A stretch of DNA of 58,834 nucleotides, counting the filler, from Sphacelaria rigidula (lineage: Eukaryota), in the NCBI GenBank assembly GCA_964200075.2. It is 5 parts of 5 records of this genome, joined end to end, with 100 filler letters (N's around TTAATTAATTAA, not from the genome) between each part and the next. Parts side by side here need not be neighbours in the genome. Positions count along the whole stretch, not along the records: positions 35,367 to 47,052 come from CAXNAA020004628.1; positions 47,153 to 58,834 come from CAXNAA020004629.1; 3 more parts are not named here. One strand, 5' to 3'. The notes below the pieces were generated by a model that was not told the origin of the DNA, searched no databases, and was given only the letters and a program-made list of their open reading frames with translations. The translations under genes and the position numbers were made by a program. Below are positions 35,367-48,795 of the stretch, in pieces. Positions within the stretch are counted from its first letter, which is position 1. The number at the start of each line of letters is the position of its first letter.

Positions 35367-37494
35367 CGCTCTTGGTCCCCGTCCTCTGTCCTTTCCCGTC
35401 TCCTCCCTGTCGGTTGCCTCGGGTGTCCTCTTTCTTGGCGGACCTTATCTTAGAAAGGGACCACAGAGGATGGAATTGCATGCTTCATCACATCTTTTTC
35501 AATCATCGTCCGTCACTCACCCAGCCAAGGGCACCCGAAAATGGAAAGCAAGACACCACGCCCCAAGAGTTGGCGCTTGGCGCCTGTTTAGGGGGCACGT
35601 CCAGCAAATATCGCGCATGCCTCGACTACGTAGAGTTGTACAATGCTTGGTGCATATTTCACTGCCCACAATTACGCACTTGTTGAAAGTAAAACTTGTA
35701 ATAATGCTAGATTCTACCACGAGTTGTGCAATGCTTGGTATATATGCTACTACGTGCAAGGACGCAGTTGCTGCGAAAGTATCACTTGTGACTTTGCCAG
35801 ATTCTAGCACATTGTGAAAAACACACTCAAGGTAGTTGAATTGTAATGTGCAAAAACTGACGAGTTTAAGTAGGCATGATCCCTCCCTCGTTTCAGTATG
35901 AAATCGGTGACCGCTTGATTTCCGTTCTGCAATATCCCACAAAACTTGTTAAAGTTGTTAATCAGATTTGAGAAATATCCATTGGGTGCCGTGTAGTTTT
36001 AGACACTATTTGACGTCAACGTTGAGCCAATGAATACTTGATTTTACTGTTGTATTTTCCTCAGCTTTCATGTTTCCAAAGGGTGGCATTTCCTCCCAAA
36101 GAAGGGGCGTGTGTGTTGACGAATTGGCGAGGGCAGCAACCTGCGATATAACTTGTTCAGTGTTCAGACTTGTTAAGTAGGCGTGCTAGGATTAATTTGA
36201 CCATCATATTGTACTCCAAGGATGGGATTCGTTGAAAATAAAACAGACGTGAGCTAGCGCCACGGTTAAGCCTTACCTCTTAACGTGCCGCTGCTGTGCA
36301 CTACCACTGCAGTACAGACACAGCCTGCACAGTGCCCACATCAACTCAGGGCTCAAGTGTACCCGGAGTCCTGTCCAGGGGTATCACTTTCTCGCCCTGA
36401 ATATTCTCCTATGAGAGCGGCGGCTGACATTGGACGTTCAGCATTATTAACTTGCGCCGACAATAGACCGTATAGGAGCGCAAATCTCTGTCCTCTCTCT
36501 CGCCAAACAAGTGTTCTTGGAGGCATTTGGAACAATTTGGCGCTGGTAATGCCAAACAAAAGGTAGATGCATGTGCGTTTGTGCGGCGTCGATCGCCCAG
36601 GAGCTGTAGTATGTGTATTGCGTACGATTTTCCGACCATACTGAAACGCCCGATCCCGAGTGACCTTCCCGAAGGGGGGGAATCATCGAGAGAAATCTTC
36701 TTCGCGCTCCAGCCCCGATGAGTAATCAAACCGGAATCGTTCAGTCACATACTTTAGCTGTGCCACAACGACAGTGCATGGGATGGATATCGAAGGAGCA
36801 ATGGGGAATCAAGAGCAAAATAAACTACTAGACCATGCGCTAGGATCCCTTCCCGAGGCGGCTCCCCTGCTACACCAGATCGCCTCGAAGCCCGTTCCTC
36901 GCCCAAGCGCAAAATGATTACTCTCCACCAGCGAGCGGTAGCATAACATTCATCCTTTCTTTGTGCATTTCTTCTCGTTCGATTATTGTCGAATAGAATG
37001 TCCCCATGGATACCACGCCGTAAGAAGTTGCAGGCAATGCCTTTGTTAAGCGAAACAACATATTGTGACGTTGGTCATGTATGTTGTTCGAGATTCTTCC
37101 ATACAAAGTGAGGAGCCGTTTTCACCGAGAGAAGCGATGAACACGACCAACTTCGCATGGTACAAACTTCGATCATCTCCGGGTATTGATACACTGCCCG
37201 GTGGCAGGGCCCGCACTGTTTCCATAATTCCTCTTTTCGGGGTCGGTGCGAGATCTCAGCTTGGCATGTTTTCTGTGTTTCTCTTTTCCGTTCATACTGT
37301 TTTCCGTCCTTCCTCCATGTTTTCGTCGTCTGCAGTTTACTCTGATTGTTTCTCCGCTTTCTTTTCCCATGGCTTTTCCTCTTTTTCAATCGAGCCAAGT
37401 CTAGCGAGTGTTTCAATTCATGCGACCTCGGGTACGCCGATCTCGTGACCACGGCTGGATCCGCGGCGAGTCACTCACTATCTATGCAGCGATG

Positions 37495-37542
<48 letters not shown>

Positions 37543-37543
37543 T
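37495..37543 (+). repeat. (AATC)n microsatellite, possibly a retroelement tail
   Basis: About 12 perfect AATC units. Confidence 0.9.
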
Positions 37544-38478
37544 CCTGCTTAGCACGTACACGGTACTGTCATGACTGCATACGTCCGTTCGGAGCTGTCA
37601 ATTATTGTACCCGCTCTGACGGTAAAACTTTCAACCGTTGTTGTTGTAGTCATATTTACGGTAGCTCACAAGTCTAGAGCGATGAATCATCGACAATATT
37701 TGCACAGAAACGTACGAGGAGTTTTTCCCCAACGTTGAGCTTGGGGGTCCACGGAGAAATACATTCAGCGCCCAGTCATTTCATCACGAGAAAGTGGGCG
37801 TGGCAATTTCAACGGAGTAAACTCACGGCCTCTCCTGCCTTGACAGGAGCGAGTGAAGTATTGGTTATAAACATGGCATCTATTTTGTATTTTATTATTT
37901 GATTTTTGAAGCCGTGAACAAACTGGGCCGGCCTATAGGCCCGCATCCAATTTGACCGTGTCTTCTGCAGTACATCGGCAGGATTCCTTTGACACGATTT
38001 GTCGGACAACGAGGTGGGACGATTTTAAGCAATATAACCTCTTTGCGGTGCCATACTTCTCTGCTTCACGGTGGACACTGGTTTTTGGTACACGGTGAGA
38101 ACTGAAGCCTTGGACCTTCTACACACCCTCATGAAGTCGCAATACGCCGTGAATCGACCACCAAAAAAGAATCGCGTTCTGAAAAACTCGCGTTATAAGC
38201 ACTACCAAATGTTTCACCTGCGTTGACGCTGAAAGCCTCAAAGGGGCACACAAGAACGCACGGATAAATAAACAGTTCGGTGAATCATCATAACACAGAT
38301 CCCCGCAGCCTACCTCTTCTAAGTGCCCGACCAAAACAAAACATACGGAGGGCATTAAGAAAGCTGGGAGATGCCCGTTCGTAGGAAACGAAAACAAAAA
38401 CAAAAACACTAGCACAAACATTGAAGAATTCCTTCACGACTGCATATCACGCCACACCGCAAACACACACACATACGA

Positions 38479-38479
<1 letters not shown>

Positions 38480-38546
<67 letters not shown>
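38480..38546 (+). repeat. (CA)n microsatellite
   Basis: Long perfect CA run. Confidence 0.95.
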
Positions 38547-38547
<1 letters not shown>

Positions 38548-39787
38548 ATCCTGCTGCCCCCTGTTGGGACTGCGGCCTATCGCGGTACATACAGAGTGCA
38601 AAAGCCACGTTGTAAAACATCACATATTCAAAGCGCAGGAACGACAGTATTGGCCTTGAGTCTGGAACACTACCGTAGCAATCACACATCGCGCCACACA
38701 GCACATGCCCCCTCCCCCCCCATCCCGCTTCCTTGATCCTGTCGAAATTACATACTATGACGATATACAGAGGACGAGGTGCATCACTAAAGCACTTGAC
38801 ATCCCACGCATGTGGTGAATGGTGTACATCACAGCACACGCCTGCTTTCACCCCACCCGTCCTCGTTGACCCCGTCGGGATTGTACCCTGTGGCGGTAAA
38901 AAGAGGACGAGGTGCATCACTAATCACTTGACATTTGACACATAGAGTAAATAGCACACATCGCCACTCAGGAAACACGCGCAGCGGTAGGCCGGCTACA
39001 AGCTAGCTACCACTTGCCGTGTCCACTGTACCACATATCGCACCACATAACACACACATCAAAAGACACCCGTGAGCAAGCGCATGACTTCGCTGTTCGA
39101 TCCTAGCATGCTCGAATACGCACCGTTCCAGCGCCGACTGATCGAGGAAATCACAAACCGCATCGCTCACAGAATACGCTCGAGATACACAGGAGTCCGC
39201 AACGCCTACAGCGTAACAACCTAACCATTCCCACAACTTAGCCATACGCCTCTTTTTTACAGCACACCATTCCCCAGACAGTACCCCACTGCACTGCACA
39301 TACACTTCGCCCCACTCCACGTCGCCCCAAGCACACTTACTGGGGTTGTTCCACTTCGCGTCTGCTTCTATGTATTGTCATGCGCTCATGAGCACTCCTG
39401 CCGCAGCAGCTATCAGCGACAAGAATCACCACGCCAATTCCGCATTGGCGTGGAAAACCCTAGCGCGCCTTGCTCACACTAGCAGCGATACGTTTGCTGG
39501 TAGGGTTGGATATACCTCTCCTCACACATCTAGCAGTATCCATGAGATGCAGCGTTCTGGGGCTCATATTACAATAATGATACAGTAAGGGAAAGAGCCG
39601 ACGTGTTTCGAATAACGACGATACAGTAGGGGAACAACAGCAGTGGTAACCAACTTGTACGAACGAGATGCCTGAATGATTGCCCAGAAGTGTTACAACC
39701 CACGCATCAAAAGTATCCGAAATTTATATATATATATATATATAAATATATGCATAGCCTTCCTGGGCATAACCGGTGCGTCTTGCT

Positions 39788-42244
39788 CTAATTTCCGTCG
39801 TCCTCAATTTGATGGACCGGATCTTGGGGAACGACACCCTGGATAGCGTTCTGCCCGTATGCACCCTGTTGTGGCATGCCCCCCCCGGGCTGGTTGCCGA
39901 TGTAGTGGACGGTCGGCGGCGGTACGACGTTGTCCGTAGCGTAGATCCACTGGCCAGTGACTTGGTTCCGCCTGTGTTCAGGAATAAAGGTCAAAACCCG
40001 CCAGTAGCAGACGAGTATCACGGACGGAGGGTCAGGCGAAAATAATCTCAATTGGTAGATGGTATGGGTGGAGCAAACGGCAGCTCATGTGTTCCCAACG
40101 TGGTCTACACGTGTGCACGGCAAAGAGGGACGTCTAGGGTAGGAGGGGGAAGAGCAAGAGCCCGCATAATACGAGTTGTTGAAATGGGGAAAGCGTACAC
40201 GTGCCGGAGCGACCCGCTCAGATGAGTTTACAGGCATGCACAGACGTACCGACCCACCAACGCGACAGAAAATACACAGAAACCCGTTTACATCTCTTTC
40301 TCAGCTCTCGACCGAGACCTGGTGCTCATATCGTAGACCCCTTTGTTCACATATCAGAAGACACTGCCGTCGGTTCGGTATATCCATGGAGGTCGCATGA
40401 GGAGTCACTGTACGCGTGGCACCGACGCGCGCTCCAAACCACTTGTCGCAAACGAAAACATCGGTCGCAAGTGAATACAAGAAGTCGGCCAGATACCGTC
40501 CTACATGCCCATGTGGCGGTATTCGCGCACAATCTTCTGATGCATTTCAGCATGGCGAGGTTCTCTTATCCAATCTTGGGACTCACCCAAACTCTTGTTT
40601 GTTACCTGACTTGACACATTCAAACGTGGGAGCGATTGGGTGTGGTTTCTCAGACCGTGTCTTCGTCAGCTTCTTGTGGGCATGAAAATAGTATTTCCAA
40701 AAAGGTTTGAGAGTTCGGCGCCGAGATTTCCCCCAACAGGGGGCTTGATGGACAGGGCTGGGTCGAAAAGACTTGTTGCACTCTTGCGAGGGGGTATCAT
40801 CGCGATTTCCCCATCTTTCGTGTCCCATTTTGACCTATAGCGGTTTTCCACGAAACCCTAAAAATCCTTCGAGTTCTCTAGAAAAACTCGTGGAAATTGA
40901 CAGCAATACCGGGCAAGTCCGCGGGAATCTTCTCGCAAAGTACAGTATGTCTTCTCGATATGAATCGATACACCGACCCCTTTTTCGGGTATACTGCAGT
41001 GCTGAATCGTCAACATGAACATTTTTCAGATATTGTTTCATACCCACCACAAGCGACCTTGAGCGGACAAAACAGAACACTTTCCCGCCTCAAGAGATGT
41101 AAAAATACTCTGTGATGGTTTGCGGCGATACCGCTCCCTCTAGAAATAGTATGCTCGAAAAAGTCTCTTCCGCCTCAAAAGTGTTGTTTGAAGCGTCGAT
41201 TTGAACTTTACAAAAGAAACGCTGTTTGATCTCCGGTGAAACCTTTTGCGCTCGTACGGGATCACAACGTACGGACGGACGGCGAAGCATGCAGAGGTGT
41301 GGTACAAGTCAGAAGGTACAACCACATATCTGCTTGTACTTCTGAAGGCCATTGTCCCAGACTAAACACGCGAAAGCTCGAAGCGTACATCTCGAGCGCC
41401 TGATCAGGGTGTCCTTGGTTTAGGTCGGATGGGTTCAACAGTGATTTGAACTACAGTAGTGCAGCTGGGACGAAGTTGCGTCTGAACGTGAGAGGAGATC
41501 CTTTTTTCAGGCAAACATCACAAAATGTCCATTTCATCTCACATCGTAAGCCAATACAGCAGCAACAGGAAAATGTTAAACAGACCCACCCACAGAGGGG
41601 TATCGATATCGGGAGCAGTGCCGAGACTCGCGGATGATTTATGGATTATTGCACACACAAATGCATGCTGGCTCGAGGAAGAAATTCCCAACAGAGTTGG
41701 AATCCTTTAATCAAGCCGCTTTCTAGCGTTGAGAGATGAAACAATACGGTTGTGCCCTCAACGAGAAGCCCGAGGCCATCGATGACTGCTGCTTATGAAT
41801 TTCGCCCGGCGACACCGGCTTCTCGGGATCGAAGGACGAACTCCAGCGACACTGGGAGACGGGATCCTTCCAAATCCTGTGTTGTCGGGAGATGTTCATA
41901 TAGTAAGTGATCTTACAGCAGTCACTGGTGACCTCAGGCCTTTCGTCAGCAATATGGCATTAAAATTTCGTATCTTGATTCTTTGCAGCCGACTTGGGGG
42001 ATACGGAGCAAGCACCCAACTGCTTCGAAAGTGCGTTCCAGGTTGGTTCACGAGGAGGACCTCTTGTATAACATTTGATTATTTGTCTCCCGTCGTCTTC
42101 AAGGGTTACAGGAGACGGAATTCCACTCACGTGGTCATCAAGGCAAGCCCAAAGCCGTCAGTTATTGGGTACACGTAAGTCCGCTCGATTTCAAATCTCC
42201 TTGGGGGGGCGTTTCCGACGATTGGGGAACCCAAGAGGAAACCG
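39788..42244 (-). pseudogene. Decayed multi-exon gene (relic exons 42131-42244, ~41758-41876, ~40607-40835, 40319-40407, 39788-39971)
   Basis: Phase-compatible splices give GFLLGSPIVGNAPPRRFEIERTYVYPITDGFGLALMTT|IWKDPVSQCRWSSSFDPEKP and ...YVNKGVYDMSTR|RNQVTGQWIYATDNVVPPPTVHYIGNQPGGGMPQQG...DDGN*. Internal TGA stops and a frameshift are present. Confidence 0.5.
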
Positions 42245-42719
42245 CTGAAACCGAGGGCAGAAGAATTATTCACAGAAAACAAATGGCTTTTCTTTCTCAT
42301 TTTTGTTTCTTGTGTACTATTTTGCTTTGTCATATCCCCTGTTTTTTCCAGGAATAGCTTGGAAAATGGATCGAACCGGAAATTGTTGAGGGATCGCGGG
42401 GCATATGTAACGGGCGGATACCTGAAGGAACCGGTAAACCAAGCGGCGGAAAAAACGCCTAGACACCGGCGACCTCGGTCTCAACTCAGAAATAGTGTTT
42501 GCACTACATACGGCTGGAGAATTGTGATGAACTGTAAACTCCACCGAGGTTCTAGCTTACTACGGCAAGGAAATCGCTCTGCTTCTGGACCGTAAGCAAC
42601 GTTATATATGGCTGAATCCCTCTGAACTCGTTCCCAGCGATGTCACGATAGACTCCTCCCCCCTCCCCCCACCACCCTCCCACGCCCCAGAAAGGGCACA
42701 ATAACGGCCACAAAGAAAT

Positions 42720-42990
42720 GGCCACACACGGCATCGAGATCATGGGTGCGGTTTCAGAAACCAGATCTTATGGCCACACAGGGCATCGAGATGGTGGTTG
42801 GTTTCGGAAACCAGGGCTTATGACCATACAGGGCGTCGAGGTGGTCGGTGGTTTCAGAAACCAGGTCTTGTAATTGATTAGAAAGAACGCAGATACAGCG
42901 GGTGGATTCAGAAACCAGGTATTGAAACTCAGGAGAGTGGAGATACATTACGTACACATCGCTCGAATAGCTGGTTCCAGAAACCAGGTC
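42720..42990 (+). repeat. ~50-bp minisatellite (3 units plus partial copies)
   Basis: Unit GGCCACACAGGGCATCGAGATGGTGGTTGGTTTCGGAAACCAGGGCTTAT; the TTC(A/G)GAAACCAG core recurs about five times. Confidence 0.7.
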
Positions 42991-43049
42991 TCAACACTTC
43001 ACATGTAGATTGTGCCAGAGCCCCCATTACGCACTTATTCTCTTTGGGG

Positions 43050-43578
43050 TGTACTCATGATCATGCATGCCATAGTCATCAGATCATTGACCTCGCACCC
43101 CTACAAAGCCNNNNNNNNNAATCACCAAGCGCGAAGCGTTGTGATGTGTTCGGCGAGTCGCATGAACGGTGAGCTGCATCCTGCTAAGAATGCTCAGCCC
43201 GAGGTCTACTGGTTGTCTTGCATTTGGATGGCAGCCTACAATGAGTTGCTTTATTCTCTGGTATTGCCACTTCCAGAGACAGTCACGGCTTATATACTGC
43301 CTCATGGGTGTCTCACCATATAAACACTACGTAGAACGATCATCCCCATTGTGCGGAGCTGAGGTTCTCCCACGCCGCATAACATGATCCAGCTCGACTA
43401 CCATCATGGTTACCGCAAAAAAACGCAAGTGCGGAAAAAAATCGGTAACTTGGTTTCCTAGCTTATTACGCAGTGAGTGGCGTGTTTCATAGCGCCATCG
43501 CCATACGCGCCACCCCCATCGGGGGTCCGTCCCCACAAAGCCGGGACGAAGCACGCCGGGTTCTCGCCGGGCCAGACT
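43050..43578 (-). mobile_element. Full copy of the C-run element
   Basis: Reverse complement aligns to 32505-33070; TSD-like flanks TATTCTCTTTGGGG / TATTCTCTTGAGGAGGGG. Confidence 0.75.
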
Positions 43579-45741
43579 ATTCTCTTGAGGAGGGGCTTCC
43601 GCGGCATGGCTGTCTTAGGGTGCTTTCTCAACTACGAACCACGCGTCACTGTTCTGTTGGCGGTGCACATCAACTGCAACGGTAGGCGGCGCATGACGAG
43701 AAAACTATCCAAAAACAGCGGCGTAATCGGTTCTCGGAGATTCACCCGCACTATATCCTCTACATCCCTCGGAGATTTGTTTGGCACGGCCCCAGCGCCT
43801 CATCAAGGCGTGGCACTGAGAAAAACCAAGACATTTCGTTTCCTACATACCGAGGAGTACCTACACGCACTGTTTTTCTGGATCTGCTTTAAAACATTCG
43901 CGTGGAGACAACGTTGGCGAACGAATTTTGGGGTTATTTCTTCCGCAGACTCCCCTGTAGACGGCAACTCTAGAACTATCAAAGGAACACATTCCATACA
44001 CAACGACGCCCCGCTACTGTTGTAGTACGTCTGTACTGTCTGTAATGATGTCTGTCGTGCACACTACAGGATATCCACCCTAGTGTTCGAGAGCCGCGTA
44101 TATACTGAGGTTCAAATCGAATACCTACTACTTCAGGCCGCTAGCTATCGTGGTACTGGGTATGGCGGGAACACCATGCACTGCATGCACTGGAAGACGT
44201 GTACAGTATTATGGAGATCGCGGCGTCATCGTCGTCGAAATATTTAAATATCTACAGCTGAGAGACGTCATGTAGGTGGGTACGGGACAAATCTCACGGA
44301 GAATGTTTACATATTGGTCCGAGAAAGTTCCTGGAAAATTTCCTCTGAGAGGGCCTGGATCCGATCTCGCGTCAACCTCATCAACGCAGAGGGCACACCG
44401 ACACCAACGTGTAAGTTACAACACACGCAAGATCGCCAGCCCACGTCTGAATCTTGATGCCGATAACGCCACGCATCTATGAACTCTAGACCGATCGGGG
44501 GTGGAGCACGCAATTTCTCGCTGATCTTCTCTCGCACTGTATTGCGATGCACTGCAGTCGTATCCGACCGTTTCGATTTCCACACATCAAGATCTTTTCG
44601 GTCAGCACTACAGTACTGTACTGCTACACTTCCGGGGCAGTAGGTTGCTGTGTGCTGCTGTTGTTCTTGTTGCTTTTGTTCTGAAATACAGTCTTGTAGT
44701 TTTAGAGGAATGACCTGGGCAAGGACGGTGCACGGCATGCAGAGCGTGTGCTGAAGCCGAGAGGTGAATTCAGCCTTTTGTATTTGAATATATTTCGGTA
44801 TACATCTTCCTGCTCACCAGCACGCACGACCGTTGTTGTCCTGAAACGCGATCCACGGTCCCGTCATCTTCCTTGGATCGAATTCGAGTAGGAGCGTAGG
44901 TTGTCGGGTTGCCTCTAAGCCTGCGCGAGTTGGGGATGTGAAGGGTTTGCGGAACCATGACACCGCGACTGAGCGAGATCATCTTGAAACAACGCTGGAA
45001 ACGAAGAGTAGAAGCATGATCAACGATCAACGATATATACTTCACGCCGTGTCTTATGTACGAGATCGTGGGGCGGGCGCAAGACTATACGGTACATAAG
45101 CCCATACTTTGATGCAGCAGTCCACGACTCCAGCACCTCTACACTTACCCGCTGTACGGCGCGTGATGAGTGGCGATGCAGTTGATGTCACACCCAGACC
45201 AGACGCCAAAGAGACCTGGAATCTGTTGGGCAACGCGTCTGCTGAGTGGTAATGACGAAATGACTGGTGCTACTGTTGTTGGTGGTCGCTGTACGGTGCA
45301 GTCTATACTTTGATCCCAAAGCGGTGCTCCTGATTGCAATAGTTTGTTGTCGTGGAGGTGTCTCGCGTTGTCTGTCGAGTCGTTTCAGTGAACCGGGTGT
45401 GGATGGATTGTGCCTATGCATGGTAGGGAGGACGCACGCCGTAGGGCGGCCAGATACTCAAGTACTCCTCGCTGTGGCGGGCACCCCGCCGCCCGGACGA
45501 AATACATTATAGGGCCGTTTCCTAGCGAAGCGTGTTTTCTCCGTTTCTGTGTAGAAAACGGAGTATCCAACTTTCCTGCTGTTCTCGGAATGTCGGGTGC
45601 ATTTTTTTGTATAGGAAGGCGGGGGAAAATGTCCCTATTCCCCATACAGTAAAAGTCAAAGCTGACCACGTGGAAAGGTGCACATTTGTTTGAAATTCCG
45701 AAAGCTCTCACTACAGCACTTCACACATATCTTGACTCTGA

Positions 45742-45931
45742 GGCGGTGTCTTAGCGCATGAGTTTTCGATCGGAATCGTGCGGTGGAAAACAAAATCCCG
45801 ATCTCTGATAGGCCGTGATTTCAACCATTTTCGAAATTGTCGACGATGGTTGAAATGACAGCCTATCAGATCGGGATTTTTGATTTCCATCGCTCAATTT
45901 CGTTTGGAAACTCATGTGCTAAGACACCGCC
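45742..45931. mobile_element. PIF/Harbinger-type foldback MITE (3-bp TSD TGA)
   Basis: GGCGGTGTCTTAGCGCATGAGTTT / AAACTCATGTGCTAAGACACCGCC; nearly the whole element is a hairpin; TGA on both flanks. Confidence 0.8.
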
Positions 45932-46148
45932 TGAGGAGAAACTAGGAAGAGAACGCTTTAGTGTGCGCGAGCTGCTTGAAAAGCGCGCTGTTCGGGAAGA
46001 CAAACAAAACCAAGCAGGCGGTGTGTTGGCCTTTGCGCCGCCAGCACTGTAGCAGCAGCAGCAGCAGCGGCGGCGGCGGCGGCAGCAGTAGTACTACCTT
46101 TTCACTGAGGAGATAGCATGGTATTTCAGTTTTCTCGGGCGCTGGCAG

Positions 46149-46510
46149 CCCACGCGGCCATTCGGCTACCCCAAAAAATACTCTGTTCCGTTCAACTTTT
46201 CTAGCCTCCAGAGGAATCAAACGTCTCTAGAGGGTGCGCGGCCCTCCAAACGGGTTGGATCGAACGCCTCCAGAGGCTTGTTTTGCCTATGGAGGGCCGC
46301 GCACCCTCTGGAGGAACTTGGAGGGTGCGCAGCCCTCCAGAGCACCATATTTCTTGTTGCTCTCGAGGGATGCAGACCTCAGAAGTCACTGGAGCATCAG
46401 ATGTCCTCCAGAGGATTCACTTTATGATCGGAACTGAGTATGAAATACCCTCTAGAGGATAAAAATCGCGATAGAGGATGTTCATGGGGGTAGCCGAATG
46501 GCCGCGTGTG
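46149..46510. mobile_element. CMC/EnSpm-like MITE with 2-bp TSD AG and CCTCYRGAGG subterminal repeats
   Basis: TIRs CCCACGCGGCCATTCGGCTACCCC / GGGGTAGCCGAATGGCCGCGTGTG; AG on both flanks. Confidence 0.75.
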
Positions 46511-46651
46511 AGTACGTGATATAGTAAGAATACGTACTGCTGTTACTTCATGAGGGATCTCGATACAAAAAATCTCTTGTCATCCAAGAATCAGGATACC
46601 ATTCACTTATATTTCCACTACGAGTACTGCAGTAGCGCTGAGTTAATGCTG

Positions 46652-46981
46652 CACACGCGGCCATTTGGCTACAGCCCAAATTGCCTCCGGAGGGATGCGC
46701 GGTCCTCCAGGGGGAAAACAAGCCTCCGGAGACCTTCAGTACCTCTGGAGGAAACCAAACTCTACCTACCCGGATGGTCGCGCACCCCTCCGGAGGAATT
46801 TCAGGGTATGCGCGGCCCTCCAGATGCGAAAAAAACTCCGGAGGCGTTTCATCCCTCTGCGGGAAACAAAAAAATCTCCTCTGGAGGGCCGCGCATCCCT
46901 CAGGGGGCGTTTAATTCTTCTGGAGGCTCGAATAGTTAACCACCTGGAGAAATTTTGGAGGAAGCCAAATGGCCGCGTGTG
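46652..46981. mobile_element. Related CMC/EnSpm-like MITE with 2-bp TSD TG
   Basis: TIRs CACACGCGGCCATTTGGCT / AGCCAAATGGCCGCGTGTG; TG on both flanks; same internal palindromic motifs. Confidence 0.75.
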
Positions 46982-47052
46982 TGTTGAAGCATTATTGCCT
47001 CCTGAGTCGTTCAATCGCAGATACGCCAGGCGGGGAGAGGGGAGGGGGGGGG

Positions 47053-47152
47053 NNNNNNNNNNNNNNNNNNNNNNNNNNNNNNNNNNNNNNNNNNNNTTAA
47101 TTAATTAANNNNNNNNNNNNNNNNNNNNNNNNNNNNNNNNNNNNNNNNNNNN
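47053..47152. other. Artificial contig-join linker
   Basis: Same 100-bp linker structure. Confidence 0.97.
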
Positions 47153-47224
47153 TATCGAAAACAATACACAATTGAGCGAAGAAAATGCGTTTCAACATTC
47201 CTGCTGCCTTCTTGGGCGGCCCAG

Positions 47225-47227
<3 letters not shown>

Positions 47228-47274
<47 letters not shown>

Positions 47275-47630
47275 GTCGTCGTCCCATATATTCTGGGCGC
47301 CAGTCTACACCTTTCGGTTTATGTGGGCGCTTCAGCCGGGGTCACACAGGAGGAAGGTCAACACAGGAGGTTTTTCTATTTTATTTGTTTTTGGTACCCC
47401 ACCTTCCTTCTGCGGTGCTTGCCTTTCGTTTTTTTTTTAATCGCGAAAGGGGTTCAGCAGTCCCTTTCCCTCGTCCACCGTGAAGTCGAATTTTGTGTAC
47501 CCACGACATCGTCGCTCTCCACTGTTGGGCATGGTGTAAGAAAAAGTCCCAGATCGCTCCGGGAATCGAACCCCACTACTCCACCGTCAGAAGGTGACGA
47601 GGTTACCAACTGAGCCACCGGGGCGACCGG
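47228..47630 (-). mobile_element. tRNA-derived SINE with (CA)n tail
   Basis: Head GCCCCGGTGGCTCAGTTGGTAACC...GGTTCGATTCC; core GGGACTGCTGAACCCCT; tail GGTGTAGACTGGCGCCCAGAATATATGGGAC followed by (CA)n. Confidence 0.85.
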
Positions 47631-48201
47631 TCTCAGCTTGTACACCTATTTAATCAAGAATGCTTGAGCGCAAGCTGGAGATGATGAACTGTGACGTTCG
47701 TAGCTATTTGTCCCTGCATGGGCGCTGCCCTCGATCGTATCTGTGGTGGGTAGGAGATTCGATGCCGATGAGACTGCGATGCCTGTGGTTTCAGTCGGAT
47801 CGGAAGCATACCACCACTGAACGCTTTTCGGCTTCGCCCTCTATCGCAGGTCCACAACTCCACTGTCACGTGGCCAAAGCTCCCCATAAAATACTGTACC
47901 ACGGTACCGTCCCCAAGAGCTACTCTTCTAGGTTGAAATCATTCAGGCTTCGGGGGTCGCTGAAACTTTTCAGAAACACCTGAGTGAAAAATACTGTCGA
48001 GAGATACCGATGTTGTCTTGTTTTTTCGTAAACTGTTCAATATCAGCAGGAAATTTTTTTGACGAGTCACTGAACGTTAACAACGTGAAAATAATAGTTC
48101 TTCCCCTTGTGTACTGCATTGTGTACTAAACCAAAATCAGGCTCAGTATATGGTATCTAGTGCTTGGATGTCAGTGTTGAGCCTTGAATCCAAAACCGCG
48201 C

Positions 48202-48795
48202 GAGTGATGATACAGTGGGGTTGCACAAATATTTTTCAAGGTTGGAATTGTTAGGAGCCCTCAATCTCATTCATAACACCACCTACTCATGAAAATATGC
48301 AAAAATATGCGAGGATTACGGATCAATCGTGCTGGGGATATCCCGAATGAAGTTGTAAACGGGGATGCCCTGGCTCATGTTTTTGAGCATTTGATAGCCG
48401 GTCGCCCCGGTGGCTCAGGTGGTGACCTTGTGACCTTTTGACGGTTGAGTTGTGGGGTTCGATTACCGGAGCGATCTGGGATAAATTCACAAACCATGCC
48501 CAACAGTGGAGAGCGACCATGTCGTGGTTACACAAAGTTCGACTTAGCGGTCGAGGGAGAGGGACTGCTGAACCCCTCTCGCGATTAGAAATATAAAGGC
48601 AAGCACCGCAGAAGGAGGGTGCGTTACAAAATCAGATAAAACATAAAAAGCTTCTGTGTTGACCCCGGCTGATGTGCCCACAAATCCCGAAAGGGGTGGA
48701 CTGGCGCCCAAAATAAACGGGACGATGACACACAACACACAAATCTGGGATCGTTGGGAGCCCCTGAACTAGACAATATTTCGCGACAAACACGT
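48202..48795 (+). mobile_element. Diverged copy 3 of the same MITE, interrupted by a SINE at 48397-48740
   Basis: GAGTGATGATACAGTGGGGTTGCACAAATATTTTTCAAGGTTGGAATTGTTAGGAGCCCT aligns to 1070-1130, and similarity resumes after the SINE (CTAGACAATATTTCGCG). Confidence 0.65.
48397..48740 (+). mobile_element. tRNA-derived SINE of the CA-tail type, nested in a MITE
   Basis: Aligns along its length to the reverse complement of 47228-47630. Confidence 0.8.

Noticed and set aside
38447..38920. ORFs with poly-CV/HT tracts (also 47172-47613)
   Set aside because: These come from (CA)n microsatellites and SINE sequence.
47555..47630. tRNA gene-like sequences (also 22570-22642, 48397-48470, 25200-25287)
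   Set aside because: A and B boxes are present but the acceptor stem does not close. Three are fused to a shared core and tail, so they are SINE heads rather than tRNA genes.
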